Shown: positions 54,201 through 63,200 of the stretch, piece after piece | Numbering within the stretch: position 1 is the stretch's first letter | How the letters are laid out: every line of letters starts with the position of its first letter | From: an uncultured Elusimicrobia bacterium | GTDB lineage: Bacteria > Elusimicrobiota > Elusimicrobia > 2-02-FULL-39-32 | Assembly: GCA_964523525.1 (NCBI GenBank) | Contig: CAZFYO010000002.1 | Span: forward strand, 133,038 to 197,037 | DNA length: 64,000 nt | Direction: 5' to 3' | Translations under genes and position numbers: made by a program | Notes under the pieces: generated by a model | Told to the model about the DNA's origin: nothing | Databases searched by the model: none | The model's input: the letters and a program-made list of their open reading frames with translations, nothing else

Positions 54201-57200
54201 AAGACCGGATGATCCGTAAAAAATCCTGTGATGGAATTGTAAATATTGAGCAATGGCAACCCAAATGGCAAACCCAGGGGCAGAATGCCCAATTTGTTAG
54301 ATACACCGCTTTCCACACCCCTGTCCTCTTCACCTGAAGGAGCAGCCACCTCAGAAATAATCTCCTTAACCCGCTCCTCGGCTTCCTTTATGCCTCTGGC
54401 TGAAACCGATCGTGTATTAATCGGAATGCGGTACCCGGATTGAGCCTCAGCCAAGGCGTCGTTCATTGCAGCGATCTGGCCGATTCTCTGCTCCAAAGTC
54501 CCGACGCTGTATCGCAGGAAGGAAGCGGAGGGAACGAAAGGGTATCGATCCTTGTAACGTTCGACCAACGCAGACAGAGCATCGATCTTGTTCTGCATCT
54601 GCGGAGATGCATTATGACGGAGCTCAGTCAGCCGGGCAACGGCCCGTTCCATCGCAATATCGAACGATTTTTTATTGAGCGCATTTCCTGCGGAGACCGC
54701 TCCCAGCCGCGGACCGGCCATCGTTGGAAGAGATGCTTCAGAAACTCCGGCAGATTCAGGCGCTTCACCCTCTGTCTGATCGGAATCGGAATCGGAATCG
54801 AAATCGAAATCGCGATCGGCTCCGCGTTCAGGACCCGTACGGAGGTCCGGACTGTCCGGCGAGGTCATATCGTCGGGCTCCACCCGCGCCACATTCCTCC
54901 GGATCGGATGATTCGGCAAGTTGAAAAGTCCGTTGATGGGAACCGCATTTGCCTCCGCAATCTTTGTGACCGCAATTATGCCGTTCTGCGATAACGTGGA
55001 GGTATTAAACGGAATTCGGATCTGCGCACCCGCATTCTCGAACCCATCGTTGACGGCCGTAATCTGCTCGACCCATCGTTCAAGATCAAATGGGCTATAA
55101 ATCAGGTATTCGGGGCGAGGCTCAAAATCATGGGCCGCGGAGATCCGGACCAATGAATCAATTCTGTTTTTAAGATCATTTGTGCGCGCCTTGTCGCGGA
55201 TCGCAGCGAGCAGGGGTGGCGTTGCGATGACTGCCGGACGAGCCGCGGCATGTGCGTGAGCTTCCTCAACGGACACGATCAACGGATCGGCGGCTTCAGA
55301 CCGTGATGGGATCATCCGGTTATCCCTGGACCAGTAATAGGCGCGGACCGATGCCAGCCATAACCGGGCGATCCGGGAAGGACGCAAGGTGGAAAATTCA
55401 AGTCGTGCCAGGGGAAGGGAATGCTTCGAGACATCAATGCCGCTCGCCTTGGCCAGCTCCAACACGGCTTCAACGCCCTGGGGCGACAATGTTTTTCCAT
55501 TCAGAGCTATTCTTACGCCGGAATCCGACCGCTCCAGCTCTCCATTGATGCGCACAATCGCATCGACCCACCGATTCAGCGCCGTGCTATCGTACGGAAG
55601 AAGTTCCCTGAGCGGGGTAAATGTATGAGCGCGCGAAAGTTCAATCAAATTTTCCACCCGGTCACGCAAACTGTCCGTCTGAGCTTCGGCGCCGATGGCC
55701 GCGATCTTTTCCAACGCCGCAGGGTCCGCGACTTCGGGATCCAGCGCCGACCGGACCAGCGAAAGCTGCCTGCCGATTCCATCCACAGGGGCCGGGAGCA
55801 ATAGGTTGTCCATGGACCAATCCTTTACATTCAACATCCCCGCACGATTTGCATTGGGGACGCCATCCTTCGCGATGATTTTATGCTCGAGGGAATGCCC
55901 GCCCCTGATACGTAGTCCGTTCAACCGCGCGCTGCGAGTGACGCTGGCAATGCCGTTTTGAGAAACGCTCGCGGCGTTGATTTTTACGGTATAGGCCGAC
56001 TGCTCATTGATGTTCGCCAAAGTTTCCACCCAGCGGTTCAAAGCACCGGACTCGTACCAAAGCATTTGCGGATCAGGCGCAAAATGATGCATGTTAGCAA
56101 GCTCAATGAGATTATCGATTCGGCTCCGAAGCTCGGCGCTATCTGACGATCCCCGAATTACCTCCAACCGCGCCAGACTGTCCGCCGACGGCTGATTCAT
56201 ATCGCGGACACCCTCTCCGCCCTCGGTTTTTGCCGCGAGCATTGTGGGATCCAGACTGAGCCGTTCAGTGATCCCGAATTTCCTGTCAAACATGGCATAG
56301 ACAGGAATATGCTTCCAGCTGTAGTTGCCGCGGTTCATAAACAAAACGTCGATCGCGATATAAAAAAGCGACAACGCGAAAAAGATCAATTCACCCACGA
56401 TGATCGTGGTCAGAAACAGCACATGAGGTGAACGCGCCAGAAGCACATTGGGCATCACGCCCACGGACCCATCACCCGTCATCACATGAGAGACGGAGGC
56501 GAGCGGCGTATGTGTCAGAAACTCAATAAACCCGCCGAAGATCGGCTGGGTGGCGGGCACTGAGACAAAAATCACGGCTGCCGAGATCAAAATTCCGATC
56601 AGAGTGGATTCGATCGCGACGAAACTGATCCTGTCACCCATCCATTGGATGCCGCGGAGCCCCGAGCGCGCTGGCGCGCGGATCAATATCCGAGCCAGAG
56701 GGAGCAGAAGGCCAATTCCACCCAGGACCAGCGCGGGAATCAGAGGGTTGTCTATCGTCGGCAGAATGAAGCCCAATGCCAGACCGAGCAGACCAAACTT
56801 CATCCCTGGCCATGCGTAATAAACCGCCAGCCGCGCAAGCCAAACAATCCGGCCAATCAAACCGGACTGGAATTTGTCGACCGCATCAAGCAAATTGAAC
56901 ATGCGGCCTGACACATATATATTCCAGAAGCGACGGGTGGAATCCCCCGGACCGAGGATTGTGCTTCTTCGAATATCCCTTTCTCCCCCGTACCGGAAAA
57001 ATCCGACGTAAACGTTGATAAACTGGAATATCACAAATGGTATACCGATAGCCATGAACAAAAACAGCCAGGATTGAGAAATCTGCTCGGGAAGGCTTAA
57101 CACATTCATCAGCAAGGCAACCGCCGTCAGAAAAATCATCGGGAACCAGGCGTTTCTCTTCGAATACTTATACTGACGCGAGTCGCTCATGTCTTTGGTT

Positions 57201-60200
57201 TCCGCCTGCCAGACTTCAAGCGAGTCGTAGGGCGAGGTCCTCAGTCTCTGCACGAAATCGCTGCGGCTCCGCGCGGCGCTGGCCTTGGCGCCGGAAAACT
57301 GCTCATAAAGCACCGGATTAATAATTGGCGTCACCATTGAGGCCGCAAATAGAGCCAGCAAGACGCTCCCGGCCAGCAAAATGGCTGGCGGAAAAAATGC
57401 GGAAAGGTAGCCGTTCAACACGATGATGAGCAGCGCCATACCGAACGTAAAAGTTTTCGGCGACGTGGCAAACGGCTCGTAAGCCGGTTTCGAGCCGCTC
57501 TGGCTCGGGTTGATGCCGATAGGCGGACCCTCGCCGCGCTCGATCACCTGATTGTGCGCCCGTATGCCATCACTTGTGGATTTCGTGTGGATGCCCAGGT
57601 TCGGCATATATATCGCGTTGGACATGGCCGTCTCCGCGATGCCCCAAATGAAATACAGGGGACCCATGATGAGAACGTTGGGGAGAAACATTACAAACTG
57701 GGCGAAAAGCTTCTCGAATGGATTAACGATCGTTCGACCGAACCACCAGGGGTTTAGAACGCTGTTGAACGTGGGACCCAGCGGCTTCGATAGCCACAGC
57801 AGGCCAAACAGGATGAATGAGAGCGTCCAAGCAGCGTCCGGGAGACGGTATTCGATCATTCCGGGAAGATAATTCATGTAGAAATAGCCGAGAATTAAAG
57901 TGAAGGCCCAGACCGGCGTTACAATGATCCCGAGTATCCCGAACCCGTGAAGAAATTTGCTCTGAATGCTGAGGGCCAGTGTTTTCCCCTTGGTTTTAAA
58001 ACTTTCCTGCGGCACCTCATTCTGAATATTCCACTTTTTGGCCAGAAAGAACAGGAAACTTCCCACGATGGGGCGGTCATCGATGATGGCGGCGATCAAT
58101 CTGGGCACCGACAGCAGAGCGACGCCGACGTTTCTCAGAATCGGCCGGGGGTGTTTGGCAATCTGATCATAGTTCTGTTCATAAATCTGGGCTGAGTTCC
58201 GGTGCCCGAACCGCGATTTGGAGAAAAAGACCATCCAGTCGATCTCCATTATGAATTGAAAAAGAAAGCTGCCGGCGACGCGATCTTTTTTCTTTTCGAG
58301 CGCGGTGACGGGACGCTTAACCTTATATTTTCCGTCCTTGGCCATTCTCCATATCGCGACGGAGTCCATCGCGCTTGCGCTCATGATCTCGTCTTCGCTG
58401 TTGATCCGGTTATAGATCAGGTTCCAGAACCTCTGGAAAACGGCTGGCGAATGCACGACCCGCAGCCCAAAATTCGTCAGCCAATGGTGTTCATAGCCCG
58501 AGGCGTAATACCCGCGCGTGAAATAAAAACCTGCGGGGTACCCCGGCATGGATTTAAATGCCATAGCGATGGATTCGTGTATACCGCAATACTTCCCGAA
58601 TGCTCGGATGACGCCCAAAAGCAGCGCGTTGAACTGTTGGGTAAACCACAGCCCCCTGTGGGCAAACACGCCCATGAACTGCAGCATAGAGTTCTTGGAT
58701 TCATAGCCGGTCATGGCCTGCATCATAAAATACTGGGCACTCTCAAGCGTTTCCATGAGCTTGGTAACGACCAGGGCCATGTACATGCCGGCCGCAGCCC
58801 AAAGCCAGTTGCCGTTATCCACCACCACGAAGAACCGCTCCCGCGCCTTGCCCGGCGTCTCGGGGAGCATGGACTCCATATAATCGGTTTCCCGCAGTTC
58901 CTCCCAGGGGATGAACGTACGCTCATCGCGCGAGGTGATGACGCCGTAGAAAAACGGTTTGCGCATAAACTCAAGCCCGTTGTCGAAAAACTTTTCGGTG
59001 CTCAGGATCAGGTCGCGCGTCACCGCGTCAACTCCAAGCTGCTGCAAACGCTGCATCGCGCTCTGAGGATCCATATCCAACAGGGATCTTGCCAGCGCAG
59101 CGCGCTGCGCCGCGTTGCCTTCGAAAGGTTCCAGGTGCTCATCAATTTCAGAAATCGAGGTGTTATAGTTCATCTCCCACATCGGTGTGCCGTACATCGG
59201 CATTCCCCAGATATACGTCTTGACCTCCTCAAGATTGATAATTTCCCGTTTCACCCGGTCTACGCGCGCGACGATACTCTCAACTTCGCTGCCGCTGAGC
59301 CTTTTGCCGCCTGCCAGTTCTAATCTGATCAGATATTGCCGGCCGCCGATCCCAGTCAAACGCAGAAGGGTCTCCGCGGTTTCGTTCCCGGATATTACTC
59401 CTGCCGGAAGTTCTTCGGCAATAGCGAGTACAGCTGCGGACTTGGCCTCATTGAACTCCCTGTCGTTGATCAGCTCCCACGGTCCCTGTTTCCGGATGGA
59501 GGCAATCTCTCTGAGTATTTTCTCGAACGCCTTGTCGTTATGATCGACGCTCTGCTCGATCAGCATCTGACGCGCAACCGGCTCAAGAGACGTCGCGAGC
59601 TTTCTGGCGAACAGAGGGATTTGCTCCGCCGGCATTACTTCGAGGTAATTATTGGAACTTTTGCCTTTAGCTTGCTCCTTTACGCGGTCCGCCATGACCC
59701 TCGTAAGAATATCGATGATGACTTTTTCGCCATTTTCCATCGCCTTGCGATATGCATCGGTTTCTGCCCCCATTCGTACGCCGTGGAACCTCACAGGCAT
59801 GGGAGAAGGGATTTTGGGATCGTCCAAAGCCGGCAGATACGACATGGTCTTGGTTTCAATAACAAGCGCCTCAATCGCCGACCTCTGGTCAGCGCCAAGA
59901 TCTGCAAGACCATTTAGCAGCATCGCGCGCTGGTTCGGAGTCGACCAGAGCAACCGCTTCGCGAAAGCAGTACGATCGCTCCAGACAGGAATCATTCCAA
60001 GAGCGCGGGCTACGCGCTCTTCCGGACGGCTCATGTCTCGGACTTCTTCCATGATGTCCAGCACGTCATTGATTTGCTGCGCATTTAAATCGAGTTGCGC
60101 ATTCAGTTCCTGAACCATCAGCAGCCGCGCGGTCATACCCGGGACCTGCCTGAGCGCTGCGTTCAACAGGTCATAAGCCAGCTTTTTGCGAGCGTCCTTA

Positions 60201-63200
60201 TTGATATCACCGTCAAAGATTCCCATGGCGGCAAGTCTCGGCTCTATTAAATCGATTTCGGTATCCAGCTGAGACCAAAATCGACCGGGCGTGCCATCAT
60301 TTCCGTTCACCGCGGTTTCAGCATGCATGGCGGTGGGCAACGGCTTTTTACCCGCCGAAGAACGCGCTAATACGATGAACCGCTCGTCGCCGTAGTGGAT
60401 GGTCCTGGACAAATCCGCGTTGGATACACTTCTTAGATCAACTCCTATCCTTGCCTCAAGGGTCGCGCGAAGCACAGCAGGATCTTTTCCGTTCCAACCG
60501 TAGAACTCATCGCCAATAGCGTCAATGTTCGCATGATTTTCGCCGGGCAAGAGGGCCGCAAGAGCGTCTTTAAAATCGGAACGAAGCATACCGTCCTGAT
60601 AATCTTCCTGGATTTTTCCGATCGTTCGCAGCTGCGCTTCGGTTAGAACCACACCATGGCGCGCCGCCACTTCCATCAATCGCGCCGAGAACCGAGCGGA
60701 GTCAAGACTATCGATATAGCCGTCCAGCATGATGTAAAGCTCGTCAACAGACTCCTTGACGAGAGCCTTCATCTGTTCATCAGTACGCCCACCCTGTATC
60801 TTGTGAAGAGCCAAGGCAAGAGCCGGTTCATCGACATATGTAAATTCCGCATGGTAAGGCCGCGCCATACGGGAGATGATTTTCTGGAAATCGCGATGGT
60901 TGGAATTTACGCTGCCGTAGCCCACGTTGATGGTGTTCCCAAGATCTCCCCTCCGCCTTCCCATAAAATCATTGACGTTGTTCCGGACATCAGCAGGTAA
61001 GCTGTGTTTATCCATCACCTCCGCAAGAGCATTAGGCTTTCCCGACTGCACGGCCAGGATCATCTCATACGCTAGGCCTTCCTGTTTGCCGGCGGCGACA
61101 GAACCCGCAACGATCCTCGCCAGCTCGGCCATCGCCGGATAAAAGGAGAACGCGTTATAAGACAGATCAAGATAGTGGCGGAAACGCTTGTCATTGTTGC
61201 CGCGGATTGATCGGGCCATTTTGTCGAAGAGTTCTATCGAAAAATATTTATCCAGCTGGTCGCCTGCAGGAATAGACGGGAAGAAGGGCATCTGCGCCTG
61301 AAAGTACTGGTGTTCCTTAAGACGATGGACCAGCTCGTATGCGCGGTGCTGCGGTCCCCGCAGAAGCTTGGTTTGTTCTACTTTTTGCGGGCTCACGAAT
61401 TTTCCGGTTCCCCGGCCCTGACCGTCAACTTCTTCCACGACCTTGCTGTCATCCAGATATTTCCAGTCGCGCACTTCCTCCACCATACCTGGAGGCGTTC
61501 CCATCCATTTTCCGAACCACTTCGTTGTCATCATGATCAGGAGACCGTGCGCGGCAAGAATGAACATCAGGACACCGGCAAGGATCGGGGAGGTAGAGAA
61601 GAGGCCAATATAGCCTGAGAAAATTGTCCAGATGCTGTCTGTATCGTAAAACACTGATGTCAGCGTGGACCCAATCATGAAATATACAAAGGTGATGGCA
61701 AATGCCCGAAACTGAGCGACGGTCTGTGCCATAATCAGGAACGGAATATTCCGAAGCAGCAGGACGGTGGGCAATATAAACAATACCAGAGGGATGACAT
61801 GAATTGCGCCTTCAAACGGATTAAGCACCGCGAGATTCCAATAAAGAAAGAAGACGGTCCAGAACGTCGTAACCATGCTGTTGATCATGATACGGATCCA
61901 GGCATGGCGGTGCGGGTGCCAGTCGTTGACATCTTCCTTATCAATGAGATATTCCCGATGGAACGTCGGGAAGAAGAAATTTCGGCGCGAGAAGCTGATC
62001 TTGTAGTGGACGAAAGGGTTGATCATATGGTGTCGGAGCCATCCGAGCACGGTCAGGCTGGTGAAGAAAAGTGATGTTATCAGGCTGGCAAAAGCGATAT
62101 TGGTGAGAGCGCCCGTTGTCTGATTTCCCTTATTAAGGCCGAAAAGATTATATTCGCCCAAGAAGAGCTTGGACCAGGGACGAGTCCACCATGGCCTCCC
62201 GTCAGGAATATCAGCGTAACTTTCCAGCTCCCTGTTTTCGACTTGGCGCAGAGGTTCGTTGATCGCCTTGTCGACTTTATAGATCAGGCGGTTCTTATCA
62301 TCCCGGGACATCGTGGGGAAGAAAATTTCCAACAACCCGATCCTGCGGTCGGGATTCTGATGGGAGTCCAGGGTTAGCAGAATTTCCAGATCGGTGATCT
62401 TGGATGTAATGCCGCTGGACCCTTCCACAGGTTCCGGCTTGAGTTTTTCCTGTTCAACGATAAACTCCCGGATTCTCCGGACTTCAGCCATCAGAACGTT
62501 GATTTGATAAGGCGGGATCTTTCTGGCGATCATCTCCGCGACAATTGCACCCTCGATTCTCTCGGCGCTGTTCTTCCCTTGGATAAAATGGGTCTGCAGG
62601 GTGAGGTCCAGGTCGGATCGATAATAAAGCTCGTTCACCAAGTCGCCCACACGGCCAAAGTTCTTCACCTTCTCCGGCTTTTCTGCGGCGAGAATACGGT
62701 CAAATAGACCCTTGAACTCCAGGTTGACAGCATCCCGGACAATCTGTGGAGAAGTTTTTTCGGGAACATAGAGTTTGGTCATTCCAAGTTCCAGAATCAT
62801 GTCAGCCGAAAACCGGATCTGCTCGTCCGGAATGTTGACTCCGGATGCGCGCTCAAACTCCGCCATACTTTCGACGGTCAGGAAAAGCTGCTCAAAAGTC
62901 TTCAGAATCTCCGGGCTTCGGGTCACGAACTCATTGCGAATCTGATCCACGCTGGCCGCGCGCTCGGTTTTCAGCAATTCTGGGCTGTCCGCTATATTGG
63001 TAGGTTTGTAAAGGATCCGATGGCCATCGCTGAAATCAGGCAGGGGAACGAGTCCGGACTGGATGGAGTTCACCGCCATCAGGCTGATTTCCTGGTCCCT
63101 GTACCCGTTCAGCCCGATTTCCGCCAGATATTCCTTGAGAGCGGCCTCGAGCATCACCTGCCAGGCAAAAAGGGTGAGAGCGCGCTCGATTCCCAGGTTG

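Noticed and set aside
54779-54815. Short direct repeats, considered as a possible CRISPR array
   Set aside because: Only five adjacent 6-nt units with no spacers sit inside a coding region. This is a microsatellite, not CRISPR.
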